Shown: positions 45,299 to 55,164 of the stretch, piece after piece
How positions within the stretch are numbered: position 1 is the stretch's first letter
How the letters are laid out: each line of letters starts with the position of its first letter
Origin: an uncultured virus (IMG/VR IMGVR_UViG_3300037420_000914)
Taxonomy: Duplodnaviria > Heunggongvirae > Uroviricota > Caudoviricetes
Direction: 5' to 3' (one strand)
IMG/VR virus record: IMGVR_UViG_3300037420_000914
Length of the DNA: 64,000 nucleotides
Made by a program: the position numbers and the translations under genes
The notes under the pieces: model-generated
Seen by the model: the letters and a program-made list of their open reading frames with translations, nothing else
What the model was told of the DNA's origin: nothing
Databases searched by the model: none

Positions 45299-45523
45299 CT
45301 ATGCCAGTTCCGCGATCACGCGCATGCCCGGCCAGCTTGGGACGAATCGGTATTCGACATCAACGTCGCGCGGCATTGCGCCGGACGCGAGCGCGCTCTC
45401 CATCAAGGAATCGCCGACGGCGTTGATCCTCCGTGCTGCATCAACCACTTCGACTGCAGCCGGTTGTGGGCCGAACATCTCTCGGCATGTCAGCGCGGCA
45501 TAAGCTCTCAGGGACGCGTTCAT
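45299..45523 (-). CDS. Hypothetical protein
   Basis: ATGA coupling to NinX-like gene. Confidence 0.5.
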   Translation of the reverse strand: MNASLRAYAALTCREMFGPQPAAVEVVDAARRINAVGDSLMESALASGAMPRDVDVEYRFVPSWPGMRVIAELA

Positions 45524-45831
45524 GGCAGTTCCACCGTTTCCCCGAACTTGCTGGCGACATAGGCACGCATGGCGGCGATCAGGGGTGTGGGACCGCCGGC
45601 CTGCACGTCCTGTGCGCCGCAGATCGCCTCCCAATACGGGTGATCGGCAGAACCTGTGTGAAGTTCGATGCGCTCCCGCTCGATGATCGGGCCGCCGTAT
45701 TCCCAATCGGTCGAGTAAGCGAGTGGGACGCGCGGTGTCCCCGGATTGACGTCACCTGTCGGGTCTTCGTTCGCCTTCGCCACAGCCGCATCCAGCAGTT
45801 CGCCTTCCAGCTCCGCCACCTTGTATTCCAT
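45520..45831 (-). CDS. NinX / DUF2591 family protein
   Basis: YSTDWEYGGPIIERERI...GPTPLIAAMRAYVASKFG. Confidence 0.85.
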   Translation of the reverse strand: MEYKVAELEGELLDAAVAKANEDPTGDVNPGTPRVPLAYSTDWEYGGPIIERERIELHTGSADHPYWEAICGAQDVQAGGPTPLIAAMRAYVASKFGETVELP

Positions 45832-45834
45832 GGG

Positions 45835-46467
45835 TCACTCCTGCGACCGCAGCCGCATCTTGAGGCTATGCCGCCCCTTGTTCACAGCATCCTCGATGTA
45901 GCCGTAAATCTGGCCTGAGCCCAGCGGCTTCGGACGATCCCCGCTTCCGTGGCACGAGCCGCACTCGCCGGCCAGCACCGGAGCGTCGGGATGACGGCGC
46001 TTGCCGCGCCCGAGGCATACGGGACACTTCGGAGCCAGCCAGTGCGTCAGCGTCGGGCGGACCACTTCCGGTTCGATCCCCTTCAGCATCGCCCACGCCA
46101 AGAGCTGCTGCTCCACCGCTTCACGCCCGCGAATGCGCTCGGCTCGCTTACGTACTGCGGCGACGTAGGCGTCCTGCAATTCATCTCGCGCCCGCTTCGT
46201 GTCCGGCTTTCCCTTCTTGGGCGGCAGGCTGGCAGCGTGCTCGGTCACATGCTGGTCAGAAAACATCTTGGGCTGCGCCGCTGTCCATTCCGAGTGCAGG
46301 CGAAGGAGTGCCATGCCAAGACGGCTCGCGCTCCATCCCGCCGCGATCAGAACATCTGCGGCTCCAAATTGGTCGGCCTCGACTCTCAGGTCCGAGGTAT
46401 TGCTCGCCGCTTGGTATCGCTCGTCGATTCCAGGCGGGGTGTTGCTGTCTCCGTCGATGCCGAACAT
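45835..46467 (-). CDS. Putative late antiterminator (Q-like) with zinc finger
   Basis: CPVCLGRG...CGSCHGSG; position at end of delayed-early operon. Confidence 0.65.
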   Translation of the reverse strand: MFGIDGDSNTPPGIDERYQAASNTSDLRVEADQFGAADVLIAAGWSASRLGMALLRLHSEWTAAQPKMFSDQHVTEHAASLPPKKGKPDTKRARDELQDAYVAAVRKRAERIRGREAVEQQLLAWAMLKGIEPEVVRPTLTHWLAPKCPVCLGRGKRRHPDAPVLAGECGSCHGSGDRPKPLGSGQIYGYIEDAVNKGRHSLKMRLRSQE

Positions 46468-46504
46468 GCTGGTACTCCTCTACTTCGTTTGCTTGGACTA
46501 CGGT

Positions 46505-46729
46505 TCAGCGCTGCGGCCAGAGCCGCCAACCGTACCGGCCGAAGCCAGATAGGGCGAGGGAGATGACTAATGACCACGGCCCGCCGAGCAATCCGATGAA
46601 GACCGCGAAGACTAGCTGGCTTCGCCACTCGTCCCTCAAAAACTCAAATCGACCGTAGAAGTGAGCGAACGTGAACCCTGAACTGATGCACGCGCACACC
46701 AGCCAGCCCGCGATGATCCAGAAACTCAT
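46505..46729 (-). CDS. Small membrane protein
   Basis: Two hydrophobic segments; AGGAG RBS. Confidence 0.55.
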   Translation of the reverse strand: MSFWIIAGWLVCACISSGFTFAHFYGRFEFLRDEWRSQLVFAVFIGLLGGPWSLVISLALSGFGRYGWRLWPQR

Positions 46730-46744
46730 GTTTGTCTCCTTGGC

Positions 46745-46954
46745 TCAGTGCGCCCGACCAAACTGCGCCAGTTGCAACACAGGAGAGCCGCCGAACTTGC
46801 GCTTGGCCTCTTGCATGCTGTCGGCAAAGCCGATCACTTCCCAGCGGCAGGAGTGCCAGTCAAAGGCCGTTCCGTCTGGCCTGCGGCCACGCTCGCCCGT
46901 TGCCGTGATGATCGGGCGAAGGACTTCGTAGAAGCCGATCTGGTTGGTTTTCAT
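46745..46954 (-). CDS. Hypothetical protein
   Basis: AGGAGG RBS. Confidence 0.55.
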   Translation of the reverse strand: MKTNQIGFYEVLRPIITATGERGRRPDGTAFDWHSCRWEVIGFADSMQEAKRKFGGSPVLQLAQFGRAH

Positions 46955-46966
46955 GGGGTCGCCCTC

Positions 46967-47284
46967 CTATACGTACTGCTTGACCACCCAGCCGACACCG
47001 AGCGCGAAGGCCGGCGACAGGAACGGGAAGACCATGTTCTGCCAGTTCTTCTTCGGGTCGGTCATCTCGTTGTAGCTGCGCTTCTTGCCGGTGAATGAGC
47101 TCGCCACCATCGACACGCCGATTGCCATCGGCACGGACAGCGGCGTGAGGCCGAATGCCGGGACCATGAACCAGCCCCACAGGATCGCAAGCACGTAGCC
47201 CTGCCAGATCACCATCAGGGCAACGAGTGCCGCCACAAAGGGCGCTGCGATCACGCCCACGAGAATCTTTGCTGCCGTTTCCAT
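46967..47284 (-). CDS. Membrane protein
   Basis: Three to four hydrophobic segments; AAGGA RBS. Confidence 0.65.
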   Translation of the reverse strand: METAAKILVGVIAAPFVAALVALMVIWQGYVLAILWGWFMVPAFGLTPLSVPMAIGVSMVASSFTGKKRSYNEMTDPKKNWQNMVFPFLSPAFALGVGWVVKQYV

Positions 47285-47511
47285 TCGATGTTTTCCTTTG
47301 CGCCGTCTAGGGTGGCGCGTTACCCGTTAATCCGCGTGCTCTGTGTTGTAGTAGCCGAACTCCAGCAGGATCACGCGCCCGATCTGGAGTCCGAAGACGA
47401 AGCCCGGGCCGTGGTCCTGCCCGCTTTGCATGCGATCCAGCCAGATGCGGGAACAGGAACTGTCGATGAGGCGCGGCCAGTTCCACTCCCAGTGCATGTC
47501 TGGCTTCGCGC

Positions 47512-47724
47512 TCATGGCTTGTCCACCTTCCCGAACTCGCACTTGTAGCGAAGGCACTGGCCGATGCGGCGGCAGCTTGCGTCGTCAGCGCAGGTGTCGC
47601 AGGCGATGCCGGAAGTGCAGGGAAAGGCGGTGAAGTGCCGCTTCATTCCGCGCACTATTGCTTCACGGAAGATCTTCTCCAAAGCCTCGCGGCTCTGCGG
47701 CGTGATGTGGATTTCGATGCTCAC
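47512..47724 (-). CDS. Hypothetical protein with Cys-rich C-terminus
   Basis: ACDTCADDASCRRIGQCLRYKC. Confidence 0.55.
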   Translation of the reverse strand: MSIEIHITPQSREALEKIFREAIVRGMKRHFTAFPCTSGIACDTCADDASCRRIGQCLRYKCEFGKVDKP

Positions 47725-48122
47725 GGCTTGCTCACCTCCCCATAGCAGCACCGATACCGCAAGCACTGGTTGATGCGCTGGCATGCGCTCTCGTCGCAGC
47801 ATTCGTCGCAGGCGCCCTGCTGCGGCTTCGCGTGGCCCACCGTGATCGTCAGCACCACCGGCTGCGGCGTGTTGACGTGGATCTCGCGGGCGGTGTGATT
47901 CACCGAAACCGCCGTGACCTTTTCGATGTAGGTGTCTCCGGTTTTCCTCGTGATGGATACGCCGGTCTGAAAATTGAAAGAGCCGCACCAGCCGCCCTTC
48001 CACACCGCTGCGTACTCAAGGTCGACGTCATCCACCCATAGGATGGCTTCGATTTCCTTGCCGGTCGCATCGTCAATGACCTTGTAGAGGCCATAGCCGG
48101 TTTGTGCGCTCAATACGCTCAT
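47721..48122 (-). CDS. Hypothetical protein with Cys-rich C-terminus
   Basis: ACDECCDESACQRINQCLRYRC; AAGGAG RBS. Confidence 0.6.
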   Translation of the reverse strand: MSVLSAQTGYGLYKVIDDATGKEIEAILWVDDVDLEYAAVWKGGWCGSFNFQTGVSITRKTGDTYIEKVTAVSVNHTAREIHVNTPQPVVLTITVGHAKPQQGACDECCDESACQRINQCLRYRCCYGEVSKP

Positions 48123-48655
48123 GTCGTCAAACTCCTTGGGTCGAAAGACAGCTTGGGCAGCAGCACGATTTGCAGCTGCTTGAGCAAGGCGAACTCGGTT
48201 CCGTAGCGCGACTCGAAACGCGCCTTGTAGGGGTGGCGGCAGATCAACCCGAGCGGCGCGCCGTTCTGGTGGTGCCCGGGATCGCACAGAGGAATCGTGA
48301 ACAGGTGCCCTAGTCGCCGCCCGCCGCTGATGATGTGATGCGGGCAGCAAGGGCGCGGCTGGTGTCCATCCAGCCAGCAGGCAATGCAGCCGTGTTCGAC
48401 GATCGCATCCATCCACTCGCGTTCGTTCACCGTCGGTGCGCGCTTGCCGGGTCTCGCTTTGACATGCTTGGGAACAGCCCGCACCTCGCCATCAATCCGC
48501 GCGATCACCCCCTTGCGCAGCGACATCACCCTCGGAATCGTCGCTACTCGCAGCTCTCCGATGTCGCCCTGGTCGTAAGCCAGTGGCGGCGTCTGGCGAG
48601 GCTCTTTGCGGGTTCGGCGCATCGGTGTTTTTCGGTTGATTGCGGTTCGCTTCAT
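48119..48655 (-). CDS. Ref/DUF968-like HNH-type nuclease
   Basis: GCIAC...HHI...TIPLC..HH...FESRYGTE. Confidence 0.75.
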   Translation of the reverse strand: MKRTAINRKTPMRRTRKEPRQTPPLAYDQGDIGELRVATIPRVMSLRKGVIARIDGEVRAVPKHVKARPGKRAPTVNEREWMDAIVEHGCIACWLDGHQPRPCCPHHIISGGRRLGHLFTIPLCDPGHHQNGAPLGLICRHPYKARFESRYGTEFALLKQLQIVLLPKLSFDPRSLTT

Positions 48656-48924
48656 GCGCGCACCCATTTCCGCGTGAGCCATTGAGGCTTCCCGTTGCCC
48701 GGTCGCCATTCCTGATTCGGACAGGCGTAGTCGTTGACGCGATGCATGCCGTAGCGCTGGCCGCACTCGCACTGCGCCTGCATGGGTGGCTTCAGTGGGC
48801 CGGGTTGGATACGCGGAGTGCTCGCCCGCGCCTTTGCCTTCGCGCTTTGCCGCTTCACCGGCTCACGCCACTCGCGGACCTGATCCGGCGTCTTATGCGA
48901 AATCAGCTGGTCGAAGGGATTCAT
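48652..48924 (-). CDS. Hypothetical protein
   Basis: GGAGGG RBS; coupled. Confidence 0.5.
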   Translation of the reverse strand: MNPFDQLISHKTPDQVREWREPVKRQSAKAKARASTPRIQPGPLKPPMQAQCECGQRYGMHRVNDYACPNQEWRPGNGKPQWLTRKWVRA

Positions 48925-49505
48925 GCGCCCTCCCCGAGGTATTCGCGCCACGGCACCTTGTTGCCGTCCACGAGGAAGCCCCAATCACCCTGCTTCTTGA
49001 AGGTGATGAACAGCGTCCACACGCCTCCCGGCGCGACCTCCGTGATGCGGTGGTATTGGCCGAAGAGAAGCGGTCCGGTGTAGCCGCGCTCGCGCGTGAA
49101 CCCGGCGCGCACTCGGTCGCTAGCACCGAAGGAGGGCCACCAGCTCACCCCGTTGGGCACTTGCGACAGCGGCCTCTCTTCGTCGTACCACTCGCGCAGG
49201 ACGATGGTGCGCGCGTCCCATGGATGGTCGTGGCAATGTCGCTCGCCATCGGGCCGCATGATGTGGTGAATGCGAACGCTCGGCAGCTTCGCGTGCCACG
49301 AACGCTCCCACGCGTCTTTCACCTCGCGCCGCTCGTCGCTGTGCGGGTACGGATTGAGCAACCACCAGCGGCCCATGTACAGCGAGCCGTCAAGGCCGTG
49401 AATGTGCTTGTACTGAGTTTTCTGCGCACGGCGTATCAGCCAGTCCGTGACGGCTGGGCGCGTGACGATGTAGGCGACGGTGCGCCAAAAGAATTCGCGG
49501 ATCAT
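48921..49505 (-). CDS. Cupin-like phage protein
   Basis: YMGRWW...RIHHIMRPD...HDHPW...YHRI...VWTLFIT...WGF. Confidence 0.7.
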   Translation of the reverse strand: MIREFFWRTVAYIVTRPAVTDWLIRRAQKTQYKHIHGLDGSLYMGRWWLLNPYPHSDERREVKDAWERSWHAKLPSVRIHHIMRPDGERHCHDHPWDARTIVLREWYDEERPLSQVPNGVSWWPSFGASDRVRAGFTRERGYTGPLLFGQYHRITEVAPGGVWTLFITFKKQGDWGFLVDGNKVPWREYLGEGA

Positions 49506-49714
49506 TCCCGGCACTCCCACGGCGAAGACAAGCGGAAGCGCTCGCAGATGGCGAGGCTCCACAGCATCAGGCGGTTGTATGGGCCGTACATGCCGGGGAT
49601 GTGCAAGTAGTTCCCCAGCAGATGGAACAGATGACCGGCTCCGTAGAGCAGCCACGCTACAGACCACGCGGGATTTAGCCCCTCAAGCAGGCCTTGCCAG
49701 AACTCACGCTTCAT
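49502..49714 (-). CDS. Hypothetical protein
   Basis: ATGA coupling at both ends. Confidence 0.45.
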   Translation of the reverse strand: MKREFWQGLLEGLNPAWSVAWLLYGAGHLFHLLGNYLHIPGMYGPYNRLMLWSLAICERFRLSSPWECRE

Positions 49715-50235
49715 TCGGCAAACCCTTCCAGAATCGTGTTCATCATCTCGGCGGCCTGCTCAGGTTTCAGGTGCGACCACAGGTACTTCGCCGCCTGCTC
49801 GCCGCGAAAGAACGCCATCGCGTTCGCGTGGAACTTCATGAACTCGTCTTGATCGGCTTTCGCAAAGCTGATGGACTTGGGCAGCGGGACAACCCCGCCT
49901 TTCGGGCCAGCCGCCCAGACAACGTGTCCGGCTCCGACCTTCGTCCAGTTCAGGAACTGCTCTTCGTTCTCAAAGCGCTCCTGCGCATCGAAGATGCGGC
50001 CGAGGATCGTCATCGTCCTGCGGTGGTACGGCAGGGACCGATCGCGCTTCCACGACAGCCGGAACATCTCGCCCACTTCGGCTTTTGTGATCGCTCCCCA
50101 CAGCCTGCGCCACAGCGTCTTTCCCTCCTTGCCGTGGGCGTCCAGGGCATGGAAGAGAAACTTGCGCACGGCTTGCTTCTCGGCTTCGGTAAAGCCTTCA
50201 AGGCTGGCTTGCTTCACGAGATAGACCTCGCTCAT
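49711..50235 (-). CDS. DUF1367-like protein
   Basis: RSLPYHRR...KVGAGH...PKSISFAKADQDEF. Confidence 0.7.
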   Translation of the reverse strand: MSEVYLVKQASLEGFTEAEKQAVRKFLFHALDAHGKEGKTLWRRLWGAITKAEVGEMFRLSWKRDRSLPYHRRTMTILGRIFDAQERFENEEQFLNWTKVGAGHVVWAAGPKGGVVPLPKSISFAKADQDEFMKFHANAMAFFRGEQAAKYLWSHLKPEQAAEMMNTILEGFAE

Positions 50236-50762
50236 GCCTGTGTCATCCGCCAAAAATGGGCGATCAGGATCGACTCGGCCCGGTTGTGGTCCTTGGCGCG
50301 CGAGATCTCCGTGCAGGCTGGGTACAGCGTGCGTGCGCAGACCAGCGCCTTGCCTTTGCGCTGTGCGGGCGACAGCTTCGGATCGATCAGCCCAAAGTGG
50401 CGCTTCCACGTCTGCGGGGGCACATACGCGGGAGACCAGCCCAGAAGCTCGAGCGTGTTTTCAATGGCACCGAGAGTGCGCAGCAGTGAGCCCTGCGATT
50501 GCGCGGTGTGGTCCTTGCCGCCGTCCCGCTTCGGTGCCATCGGCCGGATGGCTTCGAGAACGGATTGCACCGGCTCGCGCGCCGGGCAGTGCAGGCGCAG
50601 CAGGCGTAGGAGCGCGCGGCCGTCGATCTTGGTCTTGATCTTGGCGGCCGGGCCTGCGATCGGATCAGGCATCACGGGCAGGTCGAACAGCGCCCGCAGC
50701 CCGTTGTGATCCAGCACAGAGCACGCGCCGGATAGACCAGGATCGACGGCGACGATGATCAC
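50232..50762 (-). CDS. RuvC-like Holliday junction resolvase
   Basis: VAVDPGLSGA...VLE...PQTWKRHFGL...DHNRAESILIA. Confidence 0.85.
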   Translation of the reverse strand: MIIVAVDPGLSGACSVLDHNGLRALFDLPVMPDPIAGPAAKIKTKIDGRALLRLLRLHCPAREPVQSVLEAIRPMAPKRDGGKDHTAQSQGSLLRTLGAIENTLELLGWSPAYVPPQTWKRHFGLIDPKLSPAQRKGKALVCARTLYPACTEISRAKDHNRAESILIAHFWRMTQA

Positions 50763-51034
50763 GCGGGCTCCCTCACGACGCCGGCGCCCATCAGGTCGGC
50801 CAGATGCACGCCGTACGGCACTTTGCAGTTGCGCGTGATGCCGTAGCTTGAGCTGGTGCAGCCGGCTTGCTTTTCGAAGCGATTGAGCAGGCCACGCGTG
50901 GTCATGCGGCTCAATGTGACGTCAACGGTGTGCCCCGGGATTTCCTTGAGTGCGTCCCGCAGCTCCGCGCATGTCCAGCGCCCGCCCTCTTTGAGCAAGT
51001 GCATCCAGATCGCCTTCGTCGCGCCCTCGCTCAC
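50759..51034 (-). CDS. Winged-helix-like protein
   Basis: IWMHLLKEGGRWTCAEL...LSRMTTRGLL. Confidence 0.55.
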   Translation of the reverse strand: MSEGATKAIWMHLLKEGGRWTCAELRDALKEIPGHTVDVTLSRMTTRGLLNRFEKQAGCTSSSYGITRNCKVPYGVHLADLMGAGVVREPA

Positions 51035-51714
51035 TCGCCACCTCCGTGCGCGCGCTTCATCGCGTTGAGCGGGTCGTCTTCGCCCTCGCCTTCTTCGCCG
51101 GTCTCTTCGCCCTCGCTGCCTTCGTCGAGCAGGTCGCCGGTCTGCTCGTCGCCGGCCGCCGCCGCAGGCTTGCTCTTGCCGCCCTTCACGAGCACCAGCT
51201 GCGCCGGCGCCTTCAGGCTGATGAACACCTTCTCGCTTTCGTGCTCGACCAGCTTGAACAGCGTCTCTTGGGTGATCTTGTCGCCCGCATAGGAGACTTG
51301 CCACTTGATGATCGTGGTACCGCCTTCCTTCGCTTCGATCTCGTGCTTGCCCACCGCACAGTCTTCGAAGGCGATGTTCGCGCGCTCGTCACCGAGACCA
51401 TAGTCGAGCTCGAATTCGTAGCCCTTGAACTTGTCGTTTCCGCGGTACTTGAACTTGCAGCCGTTCAGGTGCGGCACGCGCAGGTTCGGCAGCACCTTCA
51501 GCACTTCGGGCAGCGTCTCCTGGCCTTCCGTGGCTGCGGCGTTGCAGAACAGCGAGGTGCGCAGCTTCGGATCCAGTAGGTCCAGGCTGTCGTTGACCGT
51601 CTCCCACTCGAAGTTCAGGTCGACGGCGAGAATCCGGTCTTCGCCGTGGAATTCGTAGCGGTGGTTGACATGCGTCAGCGTGACTTCGGTGGTGGTTGCA
51701 AGCTCGAAGGGCAT
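51031..51714 (-). CDS. Hypothetical protein
   Basis: 227 aa; GGAG RBS; acidic tail. Confidence 0.7.
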   Translation of the reverse strand: MPFELATTTEVTLTHVNHRYEFHGEDRILAVDLNFEWETVNDSLDLLDPKLRTSLFCNAAATEGQETLPEVLKVLPNLRVPHLNGCKFKYRGNDKFKGYEFELDYGLGDERANIAFEDCAVGKHEIEAKEGGTTIIKWQVSYAGDKITQETLFKLVEHESEKVFISLKAPAQLVLVKGGKSKPAAAAGDEQTGDLLDEGSEGEETGEEGEGEDDPLNAMKRAHGGGE

Positions 51715-51763
51715 AAGGTTTCTCCGGTGGTGGTCATGCGATGGGTGTGCCGGCGCCGAATGC

Positions 51764-52735
51764 TCATCGCATCAGGCCGGTTTCGAAATCGAGGTACTGC
51801 GGCTTGGCGTAGTGCGCCTCAAGGTATTGCTGCGACTCCTTGTCGAACCAGAACGCGAAGCCGCCTTCCCATGGGTGGTTGCGCTGGCCAGCGATGCGAA
51901 CAAACGAGTCCGGCGTTTCGCGCAACTCCTTCAGCCGTTGCTCTCGCTTTTGCTCGTCCTTCTCGCGTTCTGCGGCGGAGATGTCCTCCGCCTTCTTCAT
52001 GTTTTTGTAGACGATGACGATGTTGTCGGCCATGTCGGCGATCTCGCCGGCACCCTTGATCGAGAACTTGTCTGGCGCGACCCTCTCGTTTTCGCCTTTC
52101 CGCGAATGGGCAACAAGGTGGATGTGCAGGCCGGTGTCGCGCGCGATCGTGCACAGCGCGTCGACGAAGTCCTTCTGGCCTGTCAGGTCGTCGACGGCGA
52201 TGCCGCACTTCATCAGGCTGTCGATGACGAAGTGGTCGACCTTGAGCTCCTTGCGTACGTAGCGCGCGAGCGCGAGCATTCGCGACGCGGCCACTCGGCC
52301 CAAGTGGTCGTAGATCCACAGTTTTCCGTCGGTCCACCGTGCGAAGCGCCGGATGAAGTCCTGCGATGGCTTCTCGACACCTGCTGCTTGCTTCGTCATC
52401 TTGGCCATGGACTCGGCCGGCCGCATTTCCATCGACGCGATACATAGCCTCTTGTCGCGCGTGAGCAGGTTCAGGCTGACGTGCGACAGCTTCGTCGTTT
52501 TGCCGTGCTTGTTCACGCCCGACCAGATCGTCACTTCCGCCTCGCGGAAGTCGAACTTGCCGTGCATCTTCGAAAAACCGGTGGGCGTCCAGTGGTCAGA
52601 GTTGCCCGAGCCGTACAGGCGATCGACCACCGCATCAGCCCAACTCGATGCGGGCTTGATCTTCGCCAGCTCCACGCCATGGTCTTCGGCGAAGTAGTGA
52701 GCATCGAAGTCGTCGTCGACGATGATTTCGCTCAT
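51764..52735 (-). CDS. SF4 (DnaB/T7 gp4-like) replicative helicase domain protein
   Basis: GVNKHGKT, SMEM, VIDSL, HIHLVAH.RK, IKGAG.I...ADN. Confidence 0.88.
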   Translation of the reverse strand: MSEIIVDDDFDAHYFAEDHGVELAKIKPASSWADAVVDRLYGSGNSDHWTPTGFSKMHGKFDFREAEVTIWSGVNKHGKTTKLSHVSLNLLTRDKRLCIASMEMRPAESMAKMTKQAAGVEKPSQDFIRRFARWTDGKLWIYDHLGRVAASRMLALARYVRKELKVDHFVIDSLMKCGIAVDDLTGQKDFVDALCTIARDTGLHIHLVAHSRKGENERVAPDKFSIKGAGEIADMADNIVIVYKNMKKAEDISAAEREKDEQKREQRLKELRETPDSFVRIAGQRNHPWEGGFAFWFDKESQQYLEAHYAKPQYLDFETGLMR

Positions 52736-53202
52736 AGCGTCGTGAATGCAGGGTGTTGGGCCAGCAGTGCGGCGCGCAGCTTCGCGCCAGTGCGTGTGCC
52801 GCCGTTGTTCGTCGGACACCAGCTGAAGGTGTGCTCGGCCGCGATCTCGCGAATGCGCGGCATGTGAAAGCCGTCGCCGACCTGCACGTCATGCACCTCA
52901 CCGGTGGGTTTGCCGAATCGCAGGAACAGCGTGCGCGGTCTGGCACGAGCAATGTCGTCGGTTACGCGCAGGACGCGCGCCAGCGGGATCGTGCGATTGG
53001 CCCAGAGGTGAACATCGGCGTCGACCAGCATGCGCCAGTCCATGCGCTCGAGCGGCATGTCGTCGCGCACGTATAGCGTGTCAGCCGCCTCGCTGAATTC
53101 CCCGCCGATCATGCTGACGACGACCGGCCCGGCTGGTGTGTAGCCCTGCCTGCGGGAGTCCAGCAGGTTGCGGGCGTTGGTGGCGTACCAAGGGCGCGGC
53201 AT
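52732..53202 (-). CDS. Hypothetical replication-module protein
   Basis: Coupled between initiator and helicase. Confidence 0.65.
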   Translation of the reverse strand: MPRPWYATNARNLLDSRRQGYTPAGPVVVSMIGGEFSEAADTLYVRDDMPLERMDWRMLVDADVHLWANRTIPLARVLRVTDDIARARPRTLFLRFGKPTGEVHDVQVGDGFHMPRIREIAAEHTFSWCPTNNGGTRTGAKLRAALLAQHPAFTTL

Positions 53203-53933
53203 CAGTGAACCCCCTCGGTCCAGTCGCCCGCACCGTTCGCGGGCCGACTACCTCCGCCCTTTCCGGCGGATTTGCTGTCGTTGGCCTTGCGTAGCCAAGT
53301 GCGCCAGACCGCCTCCCAGTCCTTGCGTGGGTGCGCGAACTCCCAATCGCGCATGGCGTCGGTCTCGCGCCTCCAGTCGACGAGCGGCGCATGGGACTGC
53401 GCCCACGCGATCATCTCGGGCGTTACGCTGAAGCCTTCTGGACAGCGTTTGCTGCCGCGCGGCTCCGACGCGCGCTTAGAACCCGAAGGGTTCTTCTTCT
53501 CTTCTCTTCTCTTCTCTTCTCTAGCTAACGCATCTGTAACGCTAGATGCGTTACGGTCAGCGTTATCGTGACCGTTACTGGAACCGTTACCGCGATGGTT
53601 GGCGACTCGTTTTGCGGTCTGAGCTCGTGCTTTTGCACTAGCTCCGTTGTGCCGATCGAACTTTTCGAGCGCGACGCCTTGGTCGTCCAAGTGCAGCCAG
53701 CCAGCGTCAGCGACTGCTCGCGCGAATCCTGAAACGCCGATGATCGAATCCAGCAACGGTGCTGTAACGCCGCGAGCGTTACCGCTGGTCGTGTGCTGAT
53801 CGAACCAGCGGAACAAGCGCATCAACTTCCCGACGGTCTTGTCCGGGTCATCCCAGCCCAGCCGCGCCGTGATGGCCAGCACCTCCGGCTTTTCGGGCAG
53901 GTTGCACTCGAACTTGATCCAGTCGCCGGCCAT
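53202..53933 (-). CDS. Phage replication initiator protein
   Basis: MAGDWIK...KPEV...FDRHNGASAK.RA...EEKRREE...DWEAVWRTW. Confidence 0.82.
   Translation of the reverse strand: MAGDWIKFECNLPEKPEVLAITARLGWDDPDKTVGKLMRLFRWFDQHTTSGNARGVTAPLLDSIIGVSGFARAVADAGWLHLDDQGVALEKFDRHNGASAKARAQTAKRVANHRGNGSSNGHDNADRNASSVTDALAREEKRREEKKNPSGSKRASEPRGSKRCPEGFSVTPEMIAWAQSHAPLVDWRRETDAMRDWEFAHPRKDWEAVWRTWLRKANDSKSAGKGGGSRPANGAGDWTEGVH
53490..53592. promoter_or_regulatory. Candidate replication origin inside initiator gene
   Basis: Clustered (G)TAACG/CGTTA(C) repeats, inverted repeat TAACGCATCT..AGATGCGTTA, adjacent CTTCT run. Confidence 0.45.
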
Positions 53934-54234
53934 TTACCGCGCTCCCACCTCAAGCAGCCGCAGCAGCCAGAAGTCCGCCTCGCCGGCGTCCATGAAGTTG
54001 CTGTCGGCTTTCCAGCGCGCGAGAGCTTCTTCACGTTGCGTGCGGCAGTACGCCGCATACCGCTCGCGCTCGTCGTCGTCGTTGAAGTGCAGTAGGCCCA
54101 TGCCTACGGCGTGAAGCGGTGTGCTCCGACCTGCTGCGGATGACAAGGCGGCATCATCCAAACAGGAGTAGTACGTCTGTCCCGCGTTCGCGGGGAACTC
54201 TTGACGGGCGGACATGGGGCGGTGTCCGGTGCCG

Positions 54235-54582
54235 TTAGAAGCTCAGGCTCTTGTAGCGCTTGTGGTCGTCACCGCCCTTGCGCGGGCAGACCCACGGCGT
54301 GGGCTGCCAGGTCGGCTGATTCGCGGCGTGATGCTGACGCGTGCAGGCGAAGGAGGTCGGGCGGTTGATCTCGTCCAAGCCCGCTTCCGTGATCTCGGCG
54401 CGGTCGTCGTCGTGGTGAACGAGCAAGCCGTCCTGCTCCATCTCGGCTACGTAGCGGCGAATGATCGTGGGGTGGATCTGCACATCCGCGTGGGCGCGGG
54501 TGTCCTTGTGCGTGAAGTCCTTGACCGCGCGTGGGCCTTTGGTGAGGGCGCGCAGGAGACGGTGTTTCTGCTCAGTGGACAT
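54235..54582 (-). CDS. Hypothetical protein
   Basis: AAGGA RBS; operon context. Confidence 0.55.
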   Translation of the reverse strand: MSTEQKHRLLRALTKGPRAVKDFTHKDTRAHADVQIHPTIIRRYVAEMEQDGLLVHHDDDRAEITEAGLDEINRPTSFACTRQHHAANQPTWQPTPWVCPRKGGDDHKRYKSLSF

Positions 54583-54964
54583 GGGGTACTTCCTTGGGGT
54601 TGACGTAGCCGCCGGTCGAGAACGCGGGCAGCTGCGGGGCGAACAACTCTTTGACGTCCTTGGCCTTGACGCCGTCTGGCTTCCACGGCTGGAGGCATTC
54701 GTCGGCGATGGCGGTGACGGTCACTGGATGGCCGGCTCGGAACAGATACCCGGCCCAGATGAAGTCGGCGGTGGGGGTGAAACGCTGCGGCGGCTCGATC
54801 TGCCACTTGCCCTCGGGTATGACCTTGACCGTCTTGACGGCGCGGCCATTCAGAACAACGGCACCCGGGACCGGGGCGTTGTCGTTGATGCCCTGAATCC
54901 AAGCCATCCCGTTTTTGCGGTTGCGCAGCTTGCGGCCGAAGAAGAAGTCAATCAGGCGCTTCAC
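54572..54964 (-). CDS. Hypothetical protein
   Basis: GAGG RBS; GTGA coupling. Confidence 0.55.
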   Translation of the reverse strand: MKRLIDFFFGRKLRNRKNGMAWIQGINDNAPVPGAVVLNGRAVKTVKVIPEGKWQIEPPQRFTPTADFIWAGYLFRAGHPVTVTAIADECLQPWKPDGVKAKDVKELFAPQLPAFSTGGYVNPKEVPHVH

Positions 54965-55164
54965 GCGGACCTCTCGCAGTCGTCGCAATCGGCGCTCTCG
55001 GCCAGGAGCCAGCGCTCGAAGTCGACCTTCCAGCAGCGCGCCGCGACTGAGCCAGCCGGGTACGGGTTTGTCGGAATCGGCATGTCCGGATTCGCCACCC
55101 AGACGCGGGCCGATTCATGCGCCTGCTCGGAGATGAGCTGGCGAGAGACGATGGGCTCGTTCAT
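54961..55164 (-). CDS. Hypothetical protein
   Basis: NPYPAGS...W..DF; coupled. Confidence 0.55.
   Translation of the reverse strand: MNEPIVSRQLISEQAHESARVWVANPDMPIPTNPYPAGSVAARCWKVDFERWLLAESADCDDCERSA

Noticed and set aside
53490..53522. Phase-variable CTTCT microsatellite
   Set aside because: Encodes the EEKRREEK linker typical of phage replication initiators
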